DNA from: an uncultured Alphaproteobacteria bacterium
GTDB taxonomy: Bacteria; Pseudomonadota; Alphaproteobacteria; Rhodobacterales; Rhodobacteraceae
Length of the DNA stretch: 64,000 nt
Assembly: GCA_963799505.1 (NCBI GenBank)
Contig: CAWCXM010000012.1
Coordinates: forward strand, 1,601-65,600
Direction of reading: 5' to 3'
In this document: one piece after another, positions 26,852-35,724 of the stretch
Layout: every line of letters begins with the position of its first letter
Numbering within the stretch: the first letter of the stretch is position 1
Program-made: the position numbers and the translations under genes
The notes under the pieces: generated by a model
Told to the model about the DNA's origin: nothing
Database searches by the model: none
The model's input: only the letters and a program-made list of their open reading frames with translations

Positions 26852-27392
26852 TTAAAAGCTTAGCATTTTTCGCGATCTTAGAGCGGTTTGGAGCGGAAGC
26901 AAATCATCTCTGGCGCTGCCCTTCAAGTTCTCGCGCCAGCAGCGGTGCCCACCAGTTCGTACGAGATTCGGCATCGGGGTTGGGAAAGTACGATGTCTGA
27001 CGCAACCAACTCTTCCTTATACTCCGTGGTGCCGCTGGGGCATCAAAAGTTTAAGACCTTAATATGGCACCAGCTTCCAATTGAGAACAGGAGAACCAAT
27101 GTCTGTTTCCTGCATCCTGCGAATAGCTTGTCTCACCTGCAGCGAGTGTCCGGAGTCCACCTTCCCTGTCATATTCTGCAAGCGCGAACGCCGGGGCGAC
27201 CGTGTCCGCTTCGGGCTGGGAGCGGTCGTTAGACGCGCGTCGCACCGGGGTCCGCTTCGGGCCGCTCGCGTTCATTCATTGTACATCGCCCCACGCCCAA
27301 CACCCCCCCCTCCGTTCTCCCGGATCGCTCCGCCCGGTCCCGCGCGTCTGCCATCACTGGACTCTCGCCAGCCGCGATCAATATAAGGGACC

Positions 27393-29357
27393 ATGAGCCT
27401 GCCACCCGGATTTCTGGACGAATTGCGTACACGCTCGAGCCTGTCACAGGTTGTGGGCCGCAAGGTCATGTGGGATGCGCGCAAGTCCAATCCGGGCAAG
27501 GGGGACATGTGGGCGCCGTGCCCCTTCCATCAGGAAAAATCCGCCAGTTTTCACGTCGATGACCGCAAGGGGTTCTATTACTGCTTTGGCTGTCACGCCA
27601 AGGGGGATGCGATCTCCTTTGTGCGCGAGACGGAGAACGTGGGCTTCATGGAAGCGGTGGAGATCCTGGCGCGGGAGGCCGGGATGCCGGTGCCCAAACA
27701 GGACCCGCGCGCGCAGGAGAAGGCGGACAAACGCACCGAACTGGCCGATGTGATGGAACTGGCGGTGCGCTGGTTCCGGTTGCAGCTCAAGACCGGTGCT
27801 GCGGCGGAGGCGCGGGCCTATCTGGGGCGGCGCGGGCTGGATGAGGCCGCGTTGGAGCGCTGGGAGATCGGCTTTGCGCCCGACGCCTGGCAGGGGCTGT
27901 GGGATGCGCTGAAGGGCAAGGACATTGCCGACGAGATGATCATCGGCGCGGGGCTGGCCAAACCGTCCACCAAGGGCGGCAAGCCCTACGACACCTTTCG
28001 CGGGCGCATCATGTTCCCCATTCGCGATGCACGGGGGCGGGCGATCGCCTTTGGCGGCCGGGCGATGGACCCCAACGACAACGCGAAATACCTCAATTCG
28101 CCCGAGACGGAACTTTTCGACAAGGGCCGCAGCCTTTACAACGTGAAGGAGGCGCGCGCGGCGGCGGGCAAGGGGCAGCCCTTGCTGGTGGCCGAAGGCT
28201 ACATGGACGTGATTGCCTTGCAGCAGGCGGGGTTCGAGGCGGCGGTGGCCCCGCTGGGCACCGCGATCACCGAGCACCAGTTGCAGATGCTGTGGCGGAT
28301 CGACCCCGAGCCGATCATCACGCTGGATGGCGATACGGCGGGCCAGCGCGCGGCCCTGCGGCTTGTCGATCTGGCGCTGCCGCTGATCGAAGCGGGCAAG
28401 TCGCTGCGTTTTGTGATGATGCCCGAAGGCCAGGACCCCGATGATCTGCTGAAAGCCGCCGGAAAGGGCGCGTTTCAGAAGCTGATCGACGGGGCGGTGC
28501 CGATGGTGCAGCTTTTGTGGCAACGCGAAACCGAAGGCCGGGTGTTCGACAGCCCCGAACGCAAGGCGGCGCTCGACAAGGCGCTGCGCGACAAGATCAT
28601 GCTGATTCGCGATCCGTCGATTCGCAGCCATTACGGGCAGGAGATCAAGGATCTGCGCTGGAAGCTGTTTCGCCCGCAGACCGGCGGGCGCAAGGCCGTG
28701 GCGCGGGGGCAGGGCACCTGGGGCAAGACCGCGCCCTATATGGCCAGCCCGTCGGCCAAGTCGTCGGTGCTGGGCGCCGCAAGCGACAGCCGGACCACAG
28801 AGTATCTGCGCGAGGCGGTGGTGCTGTCGGCCTTTGTCACCTGTCCCGAGATCACCCATGATTTCGAAAGCGGGCTGGAGGCGATGCGCTGTGCCGATCC
28901 GACACACCGCACATTGCGTGATCTTTTGCTGCGTCACGCGCATGAGGGACAGGCGGTGTTGCGCGAAAAGATTTCCAGCGCACTGGGACCGGACGCCCTT
29001 GAAAACCTGCTGTCCCAGCGCCACGTTGCCATCACACCATGCGTCCGCAATCCAGGCGATATCGAAATGGCCAGCCTGACGGTGGCCGAGGAACTGGCCA
29101 AGCTGGAAGCGGCACGCGGGCTGGATGCCGAGATTGCGGAAGCGATGGAAGACCTGAGCGGAGTGGCCGATGAAGGCGTGACATGGCGGCTGAGCGAGGC
29201 GGCACGCGCCGCCGATCTGGCCATCCGGTCGGGACAGGAAGACACGGCAGAATACGATCTGGGCGACAACGGCGCCCGCATTTCGAAGGATGAACGCAGC
29301 GCCTGGGACACGCTGCTGGAGACCATCAGGTTTGACAAGTCGAAGGGCCGAAGCTGA
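27393..29357 (+). CDS. dnaG: DNA primase
   Basis: The zinc finger CPFHQEKSASFHV...YYCFGCHAKGD and the TOPRIM motif VAEGYMDVIAL...TLDGDTAGQRAA are present. Confidence 0.95.
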   Translation: MSLPPGFLDELRTRSSLSQVVGRKVMWDARKSNPGKGDMWAPCPFHQEKSASFHVDDRKGFYYCFGCHAKGDAISFVRETENVGFMEAVEILAREAGMPVPKQDPRAQEKADKRTELADVMELAVRWFRLQLKTGAAAEARAYLGRRGLDEAALERWEIGFAPDAWQGLWDALKGKDIADEMIIGAGLAKPSTKGGKPYDTFRGRIMFPIRDARGRAIAFGGRAMDPNDNAKYLNSPETELFDKGRSLYNVKEARAAAGKGQPLLVAEGYMDVIALQQAGFEAAVAPLGTAITEHQLQMLWRIDPEPIITLDGDTAGQRAALRLVDLALPLIEAGKSLRFVMMPEGQDPDDLLKAAGKGAFQKLIDGAVPMVQLLWQRETEGRVFDSPERKAALDKALRDKIMLIRDPSIRSHYGQEIKDLRWKLFRPQTGGRKAVARGQGTWGKTAPYMASPSAKSSVLGAASDSRTTEYLREAVVLSAFVTCPEITHDFESGLEAMRCADPTHRTLRDLLLRHAHEGQAVLREKISSALGPDALENLLSQRHVAITPCVRNPGDIEMASLTVAEELAKLEAARGLDAEIAEAMEDLSGVADEGVTWRLSEAARAADLAIRSGQEDTAEYDLGDNGARISKDERSAWDTLLETIRFDKSKGRS

Positions 29358-29491
29358 GGAACCGTGTTCTTTTGGCAGGCACTTTAGGAAAAAGCAGGAT
29401 ATCGGGTTTAAGAATCACCGCGAAAGCCGCATGATTCGGAGATATCGAATCACTCTTACTGATTCGCGCTATGGCGCTGGAGGGACATCAT

Positions 29492-31477
29492 ATGGCCGCT
29501 AAAGATACCAACGAAGACGCCAAGAGAGACGACAACGACAGCGGTCATTCGCTGGACATGAGCCAGGCCGCCGTCAAGAAGATGATCTCGGAAGCCCGCG
29601 AGAAGGGCTATATCACCTATGATCAGCTGAACACCGTCCTGCCGCCGGATCAGGTTTCCTCCGAACAGATCGAGGACGTCATGTCGATGCTGTCCGAGAT
29701 GGGCATCAACATCATCGAAGACGAGGACGCCGAGGAAGAAGACGCCAAGGGCGGCACCGACCTTGCCACCACCGACAGCAACAAGGAAGTCGCGCTGTCC
29801 TCGGGCACGTCCGAAAAGCTGGACCGTACCGACGATCCGGTGCGCATGTACCTGCGCGAGATGGGCAGCGTCGAACTGCTGAGCCGTGAGGGCGAGATCG
29901 CCATCGCCAAGCGCATCGAGGCGGGCCGCAACACGATGATCGCAGGGCTTTGCGAAAGCCCGCTGACCTTTCAGGCCATCACCATCTGGCGCGACGAACT
30001 TCTGTCCGAGGACATTCTGCTGCGCGATGTGATCGACCTTGAGGCGACATTCGGCGACCAGCTTGGCGAGGACGGGCAGACATCTCCGGTGGTGCCCGCG
30101 GCGGGTGCGGCCTCTGACACGAAATCCGAAGACAGCAGGCAGGAACTGGATGCGGATGGCAATCCCATCAGCACGGATGACGATGAGGACGAGGACGAAC
30201 AGGCCAACATGTCGCTGGCCGCGATGGAAGCCGCGCTGAAGCCGCAGGTGCTCGAGGCGCTGGACATCATCGCCGCCGACTACGCCATGCTGAGCGAGAT
30301 GCAGGACAGCCGTATTTCCGCGACCCTGAACGAGGACGGATCCTTTACCAAGAAGCAGGAAACCAAGTACCAGAAGCTGCGTTCGGAAATCGTGCTGCTG
30401 GTCAATGAACTGCACCTGCACAACAACCGTATCGAAGCGCTGATCGACCAGCTTTACGGCATCAACCGCCGGATCATGCAGATCGACTCTGCGATGGTGA
30501 AGCTGGCGGATCAGGCACGGATCAACCGGTCCGAATTCGTCGAGGCCTACCGTGGCTACGAGCTTGATCCCAACTGGATGGAGCGGATGGCCGACAAGTC
30601 CGGGCGCGGCTGGCAGATGTTCATCGAGCGCTCTTCCGACAAGGTCGAGGAATTGCGCGCGGACATGGCGCAGGTCGGTCAATACGTCGGTCTGGACATC
30701 TCGGAGTTCCGCCGCATCGTGCAGCAGGTCCAGAAGGGCGAGAAAGAAGCCCGTCAGGCCAAGAAGGAAATGGTCGAGGCGAACCTGCGTCTGGTGATCT
30801 CGATCGCCAAGAAATACACAAACCGCGGCTTGCAGTTCCTTGATCTCATTCAGGAAGGCAACATCGGCCTGATGAAGGCGGTGGACAAGTTCGAATACCG
30901 CCGCGGCTACAAGTTCTCGACCTATGCGACATGGTGGATCCGTCAGGCGATCACGCGCTCCATTGCCGATCAGGCGCGCACGATCCGTATTCCGGTGCAC
31001 ATGATCGAGACCATCAACAAGCTGGTGCGCACGGGCCGCCAGATGCTGCACGAGATTGGCCGCGAACCCACGCCGGAAGAACTGGCCGAGAAGCTGCAGA
31101 TGCCGCTGGAAAAGGTCCGCAAGGTGATGAAGATCGCCAAGGAGCCGATTTCACTGGAAACACCCATCGGCGACGAGGAAGACAGCCAGCTGGGCGATTT
31201 CATCGAGGACAAGAATGCGGTGCTGCCCCTGGACAGCGCGATTCAGGAGAACCTCAAGGAAACCACCACGCGGGTTCTCGCCTCGCTTACCCCGCGCGAA
31301 GAACGCGTGCTGCGGATGCGTTTCGGCATCGGGATGAACACCGATCACACGCTGGAAGAAGTGGGCCAGCAGTTCAGCGTGACGCGCGAACGGATCCGCC
31401 AGATCGAAGCCAAGGCGCTGCGCAAGCTCAAGCACCCCAGCCGGTCGCGCAAGCTGCGGTCTTTCCTGGATCAGTGA
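29492..31477 (+). CDS. rpoD: Primary RNA polymerase sigma factor
   Basis: Regions 1.1 to 4 are present, including [87 protein letters not shown] precedes ATG 29492. Confidence 0.95.
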   Translation: MAAKDTNEDAKRDDNDSGHSLDMSQAAVKKMISEAREKGYITYDQLNTVLPPDQVSSEQIEDVMSMLSEMGINIIEDEDAEEEDAKGGTDLATTDSNKEVALSSGTSEKLDRTDDPVRMYLREMGSVELLSREGEIAIAKRIEAGRNTMIAGLCESPLTFQAITIWRDELLSEDILLRDVIDLEATFGDQLGEDGQTSPVVPAAGAASDTKSEDSRQELDADGNPISTDDDEDEDEQANMSLAAMEAALKPQVLEALDIIAADYAMLSEMQDSRISATLNEDGSFTKKQETKYQKLRSEIVLLVNELHLHNNRIEALIDQLYGINRRIMQIDSAMVKLADQARINRSEFVEAYRGYELDPNWMERMADKSGRGWQMFIERSSDKVEELRADMAQVGQYVGLDISEFRRIVQQVQKGEKEARQAKKEMVEANLRLVISIAKKYTNRGLQFLDLIQEGNIGLMKAVDKFEYRRGYKFSTYATWWIRQAITRSIADQARTIRIPVHMIETINKLVRTGRQMLHEIGREPTPEELAEKLQMPLEKVRKVMKIAKEPISLETPIGDEEDSQLGDFIEDKNAVLPLDSAIQENLKETTTRVLASLTPREERVLRMRFGIGMNTDHTLEEVGQQFSVTRERIRQIEAKALRKLKHPSRSRKLRSFLDQ

Positions 31478-31506
31478 TCGCGAGACACAATGACACGACA
31501 CCGAAA

Positions 31507-31530
31507 GGCGGGCACGATGCCCGCCTTTTT
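31507..31530 (+). terminator. Rho-independent terminator after rpoD
   Basis: The stem ggcgggc/gcccgcc (7 bp) has loop acgat and is followed by TTTTT (31526-31530). Confidence 0.75.
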
Positions 31531-31610
31531 CGTCATGTGACGCAGCTGTGATTTTGACGTGACACCGGTGCGGCCTATCTCTGAATCAAAGCAATACCGG
31601 AGTGCCGATC

Positions 31611-32054
31611 ATGCGTTTTCCTCTTTATCCTGCCCTCGCGGCCCTTGGTCTGGCGCTGCCGCTGGTCCCTGCCGCACAGGCCCAGACCTTTGAGGCCGTG
31701 AACAGGCTTCAGGTCGTCCCGATCAGCAACACCGATTTCGAGGTGATCGAGGCCTACGGTGAAGGCGCGCGGGGCATGTGGTGCGCGGCGGCCGATTACG
31801 CCATGCACGGGCTGCAAAGACGCAGCGGGCGGATGTACATCAAGTCGCCTCGGGGCGCGTCCGTAACGGGCGGCGGGCGCAGCGGCGCGATCTTTACGTT
31901 GGATGAGGCGTCCTTGCCCGGCGAACCGACGCGGTCCTATTCCGTGAATACCACCACACCGGGGCTGAGCCTGCCAATCCAGCACGCCTATCAATTCTGC
32001 GCGGACTATCTGATTGATATCGAAGACATCCTGTTCCGTCACGGAAGGTACTGA
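31611..32054 (+). CDS. Small secreted protein, paralogue 1 of a tandem triplet (conserved MWCAAADYA ... QFCAD)
   Basis: It has a signal peptide ending AAQAQ, and a GGAG RBS precedes ATG 31611. Conserved blocks are shared with the next two genes. Confidence 0.65.
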   Translation: MRFPLYPALAALGLALPLVPAAQAQTFEAVNRLQVVPISNTDFEVIEAYGEGARGMWCAAADYAMHGLQRRSGRMYIKSPRGASVTGGGRSGAIFTLDEASLPGEPTRSYSVNTTTPGLSLPIQHAYQFCADYLIDIEDILFRHGRY

Positions 32055-32056
32055 AA

Positions 32057-32449
32057 ATGATACGCACCGCCCTTGTTCTGACCCTTGCGCTGGCGGCACC
32101 CGTCGCAGCACAGGATTTTCGCGCCGACAACCGCGTGAATGTGACCGCCGTGCCGGGCGGTTTTGCCGTGGCTGACGGCGGTGGCTTCGGCGCACGCGGC
32201 ATGTGGTGTGCGGCGGCGGATTACGCGCGGCGGGTTCTGGGCGCGTCCGGCGTTTCCCGCGTCTACGTCGCCGAAGGACGCGCACCGGGGCTGGGGCAAC
32301 GCGCACCCGTGAAGTTCACCACGGACCCCACCGGCCTGACACCATCGCCGGTCTTCATCGTGGGGGCCTCCCTGCGCCGCGCGGGCGCATCGCTGTCGGT
32401 TGATCACGCCATCCAGTTCTGCGCCGACGCCAGGTTGAGCCGCAGATGA
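32057..32449 (+). CDS. Small secreted protein, paralogue 2
   Basis: It has a signal peptide ending PVAAQ. It shares GARGMWCAAADYA and AIQFCADA with paralogue 1. The gap to paralogue 1 is 2 nt. Confidence 0.65.
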   Translation: MIRTALVLTLALAAPVAAQDFRADNRVNVTAVPGGFAVADGGGFGARGMWCAAADYARRVLGASGVSRVYVAEGRAPGLGQRAPVKFTTDPTGLTPSPVFIVGASLRRAGASLSVDHAIQFCADARLSRR

Positions 32450-32850
32450 GGTGGCTGGTCCTTGCGATTGCTCTGGCTGTTGGCCCTGTGGTGCTGCTGG
32501 CCTCGACGCAGAGCGAGGAAGACCGCATGGTCATCAACAGGCTGAACGCCACGGATTTCGAGGTGGTGCAGGGCACGAATTATGGCCCTGCGGAATACTG
32601 GTGTGGTGCCGCCACCTTTATCGAGCGTCGGGCAGGTTTGTCCGAAACCACGCCCGTCTATGTAAAACGTCCGCAATCGGCCAGCCTGACGGTGCCGGGG
32701 CGGAACGGCGTGGTTTTTTCCACCAGTAACGCAGGCTTGCCCGCTGCGCAGTCGCGTGTGACGCTGACGGTGGATCAGCCCGGTGCCACGCTCAAATCCG
32801 CGCAGGCGCGCCGGTACTGCCGCGATGCGTTCACCCGGTCAACAAAGTAG
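32446..32850 (+). CDS. Small secreted protein, paralogue 3 (more divergent)
   Basis: NRLNATDFEVVQG...YWCGAATF...YCRDAF aligns to paralogues 1 and 2. It has an ATGA overlap with paralogue 2. Confidence 0.6.
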   Translation: MRWLVLAIALAVGPVVLLASTQSEEDRMVINRLNATDFEVVQGTNYGPAEYWCGAATFIERRAGLSETTPVYVKRPQSASLTVPGRNGVVFSTSNAGLPAAQSRVTLTVDQPGATLKSAQARRYCRDAFTRSTK

Positions 32851-32892
32851 CGCCGGATTGCAACCGGGATGCGCTTGCGCAAGACTGGCGTG

Positions 32893-33306
32893 ATGCAGAC
32901 CACCTTTGACATAGCGACACGCGGACCGGGGCTTTACGAGGTCACCCGGCAGGTTGCGCGCTGGGTTCCCGGGGGCGATGGCCTGCTCACGCTGTTTGTC
33001 CGCCACACGTCGGCATCGCTTCTTGTTCAGGAAAATGCGGACCCCGAAGTGCAGACAGACCTGCAGGCCTATTTCGCGCGGTTGGTGCCGCCGACCACCG
33101 ATCCTGAAATGGCCTATCTGACCCACACCTATGAGGGGCCGGACGACATGCCGGGGCATATCAAGGCGGCGATGCTGCCCGTCAGCCTTTCCATTCCCGT
33201 CCAGCAGGGCAAGATGCGCCTGGGGACATGGCAGGGGATTTACCTGTTCGAACACAGAAATGCGCCGCACACCCGGCAGGTGGCGGCGCATTTTCGCAGC
33301 GATTGA
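32893..33306 (+). CDS. yjbQ: YjbQ/UPF0047-family protein (secondary thiamine-phosphate synthase enzyme)
   Basis: It matches the family with LTLFVRHTSASLLVQENADPEV...MPGHIKAAML...GTWQGIYLFEHR. Confidence 0.85.
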   Translation: MQTTFDIATRGPGLYEVTRQVARWVPGGDGLLTLFVRHTSASLLVQENADPEVQTDLQAYFARLVPPTTDPEMAYLTHTYEGPDDMPGHIKAAMLPVSLSIPVQQGKMRLGTWQGIYLFEHRNAPHTRQVAAHFRSD

Positions 33307-33312
33307 TCAATC

Positions 33313-33984
33313 CTAGCCAACCGGCATCAGATGGATTTCGCGGATCGACGCATGGGCCGGTGCCTCCAGCGCGTGAAGGACGGCCTGGGCCACATCATCG
33401 GGCTGCAGCTTGTCGGGCTTGGCCTCGTCGAAAAAGGCGGTGTTCACCATGCCGGGGGATACCACCATGCATCGGCCCCCCCATTCGGCCATCTCATCCG
33501 CCAGATTGCCGGCGAAGCCGTGGATGAACCACTTGGTCGAGCCATAGATCGACCCCTTGAGGTGACGACGTCCGGCAAGTGATCCGGTGACGACATATTG
33601 TCCGGTGGTCTTGCGCAGATGTGGCAGGGCGGCGTGCGCGGTATAGAGCGCACCCATGATGTTGAGGTCCACCATGCCCTTCCAATCCTGCGGATCACCG
33701 TTTTCGGTGCCCGCCTGCGACGTCCCGCGCCCGGCGTTTGCAAACACGGCGTCCAGACCGCCGAATTTTTCGACGAGTTTCGCGATGGCGTCCTTCTGGG
33801 CGTCGTAGTTCGTCGCGTCGCCGGTCAGGACCAGCGCCTGATCGCCGATGTCAGCCGCGATCTGGTTCAGTTTGTCTTCGCTCCGGGCGAAAAGCCCGAC
33901 GTTCCAGCCAGCCGCTGCGGCGGCCTTGGCTGTGGCTTCGCCGATGCCGCTTGAGGCACCGGTGATGAAAAGTGTCTTTGACAT
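33313..33984 (-). CDS. SDR-family oxidoreductase
   Basis: TGASSGIG and YGSTK motifs are present. An AAGGAGAC RBS precedes the ATG (cat at 33982-33984). Confidence 0.85.
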   Translation of the reverse strand: MSKTLFITGASSGIGEATAKAAAAAGWNVGLFARSEDKLNQIAADIGDQALVLTGDATNYDAQKDAIAKLVEKFGGLDAVFANAGRGTSQAGTENGDPQDWKGMVDLNIMGALYTAHAALPHLRKTTGQYVVTGSLAGRRHLKGSIYGSTKWFIHGFAGNLADEMAEWGGRCMVVSPGMVNTAFFDEAKPDKLQPDDVAQAVLHALEAPAHASIREIHLMPVG

Positions 33985-34168
33985 GATGGTCTCCTTCGGA
34001 AGTGAGTCACCCTCCAACGCCTCAGGTCGGGATCGGTTCACCGGCTTTCGACCCCAGATGTTGCGGCTCATTTCGCCCCTACCCAAAACCCTGCGGACGC
34101 CGTATACCTGTTGGGAATTGTGCCAGTTGCCCCACAAGAGGGCACAGACTTTAAGGAAAGGCGAAGCG

Positions 34169-34636
34169 ATGCGCTGCCCGTTTTGCGGAAATATCGACAC
34201 TCAGGTAAAGGATTCGCGGCCAGCGGAGGATCACGTGTCGATCCGGCGGCGGCGGTTCTGTCCGGCCTGTGGGGGTCGCTTTACCACCTACGAACGGGTG
34301 CAGCTGCGCGATCTGGTGGTGATCAAGAGCTCCGGCAAACGCGAGGATTTCGACCGCGACAAGCTGGAACGTTCGATCCGCATCTCCATGCAGAAACGCC
34401 CGATCGACCCCGAACGCATCGACCAGATGATCAGCGGGATCGTGCGGCGTCTGGAAAGCATGGGCGAGACCGATATCGGGTCCAAACAGATCGGCGAGAT
34501 CGTGATGGAGGCGCTGGCGCGGATCGACACCGTGGCCTATGTCCGGTTTGCCAGCGTTTACAAGAATTTTCAGGCGGCGGACGATTTCGATAAATTCGTC
34601 CAGGAACTCCGGCCCGAGCAGCCGCCGGAAGAGTGA
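34169..34636 (+). CDS. nrdR: Transcriptional repressor NrdR
   Basis: [17 protein letters not shown]...[17 protein letters not shown] is the zinc ribbon, followed by an ATP-cone. Confidence 0.95.
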   Translation: MRCPFCGNIDTQVKDSRPAEDHVSIRRRRFCPACGGRFTTYERVQLRDLVVIKSSGKREDFDRDKLERSIRISMQKRPIDPERIDQMISGIVRRLESMGETDIGSKQIGEIVMEALARIDTVAYVRFASVYKNFQAADDFDKFVQELRPEQPPEE

Positions 34637-35724
34637 GCGACACCCGATTTATGGCGCTCGCCCTCAGCTTGGGGCGGCGCGGCATGGGCCGGACCTGGCC
34701 CAACCCCGCTGTGGGCTGTGTCATTGTGCGCGACGGGACCATCGTCGGGCGCGGCTGGACCCAGGACGGCGGCAGGCCCCATGCGGAGACGCAGGCGCTG
34801 GCACAGGCAGGGGATGCGGCCAAGGGGGCTACGGCCTATGTCACGCTGGAACCCTGCGCCCACCACGGAGAGACCCCGCCCTGCGCGCAAGCCCTGATCG
34901 ACGCGGAAGTGGCCAAGGTCGTTGTCGCCGTTGCGGACAGCGATCCGCGTGTGGACGGGCGCGGTTTCCGGATGCTGCGCGATGCGGGGGTGGAGGTGGT
35001 GATCGGCTTTGGCGCGGAAGCGGCGGCGCGGGACCACGCAGGGTTCACCTCGCGGACGGATAGCGGGCGACCGTTCCTCACGCTGAAACTGGCCAGTTCC
35101 TTTGACGGGCGCATCGCCACAGGCACAGGCGAAAGCCAGTGGATCACCGGCCCTGCCGCGCGGCGGATGGTCCACGCCATGCGCAGCCGCCATGATGCGG
35201 TGATGGTGGGCGGCGGCACGGCACGCAAGGACGATCCAAGTCTCACTGTGCGCGATCTGGGCATCACCCGGCAACCGGCCCGCGTGGTGGTCTCGCGCAA
35301 GCTGGACCTGCCGTTGATGGGCAAACTGGCACATACGGCGGCAGAGGTGCCGCTGATCCTGTGTCATGGCCCCGACGCGGAATCGTCACTGATCAGGACC
35401 TGGGTCGATCTGGGGGCGAAGCTGTTGCAATGCCGGGTGCGCGGCAGCCAGCTTGATCCGGCGGATGTCATGCAGCAGCTTGGGGGGCATGGCCTGACGC
35501 GGGTTTTCTGCGAAGGGGGCGGGGCGCTGGCGGCCTCGCTGATCGAGGCGGACCTGGTGGACGAGATGGTCGGCTTTACCGCCGGTGTCGTGATTGGCGC
35601 CGAAGGGCTGCCGGGGATCGGGGCGATGGGGTTGTCCAGGCTGGATCAGGCACCGCGCTTCGATCTTGTGTCGACGCGCCAGATCGGGAACGACATCTGC
35701 CATATCTGGGCGCGGTCCGGTTGA
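34633..35724 (+). CDS. ribD: Bifunctional riboflavin biosynthesis deaminase/reductase
   Basis: The CMP/dCMP deaminase motif HAETQAL...[14 protein letters not shown] and the C-terminal reductase domain are present. The GTG start overlaps the nrdR stop. Confidence 0.9.
   Translation: MSDTRFMALALSLGRRGMGRTWPNPAVGCVIVRDGTIVGRGWTQDGGRPHAETQALAQAGDAAKGATAYVTLEPCAHHGETPPCAQALIDAEVAKVVVAVADSDPRVDGRGFRMLRDAGVEVVIGFGAEAAARDHAGFTSRTDSGRPFLTLKLASSFDGRIATGTGESQWITGPAARRMVHAMRSRHDAVMVGGGTARKDDPSLTVRDLGITRQPARVVVSRKLDLPLMGKLAHTAAEVPLILCHGPDAESSLIRTWVDLGAKLLQCRVRGSQLDPADVMQQLGGHGLTRVFCEGGGALAASLIEADLVDEMVGFTAGVVIGAEGLPGIGAMGLSRLDQAPRFDLVSTRQIGNDICHIWARSG

Noticed and set aside
26900-27100. A possible tRNA or tmRNA-like integration target next to the DUF262/HEPN islet (for example TGGTGCCGCTGGGGC at about 27034).
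   Set aside because: I could not fold a cloverleaf. No T-arm consensus (GGTTCGAATCC or its complement) and no matching acceptor stem is present.
26888-27275. ORFs of 114 aa (plus strand) and 74 aa (minus strand) in the spacer between the DUF262 gene and dnaG.
   Set aside because: They have no RBS or motifs, and they straddle the GC transition. The minus-strand product consists largely of the PKRT/PEAD strings generated by the GTCCGCTTCGGGC repeat, so they are most likely non-coding.
29456-31051. A 531-aa minus-strand ORF antisense to rpoD.
   Set aside because: rpoD on the plus strand is unambiguous, and the antisense product has no motifs and biased composition.
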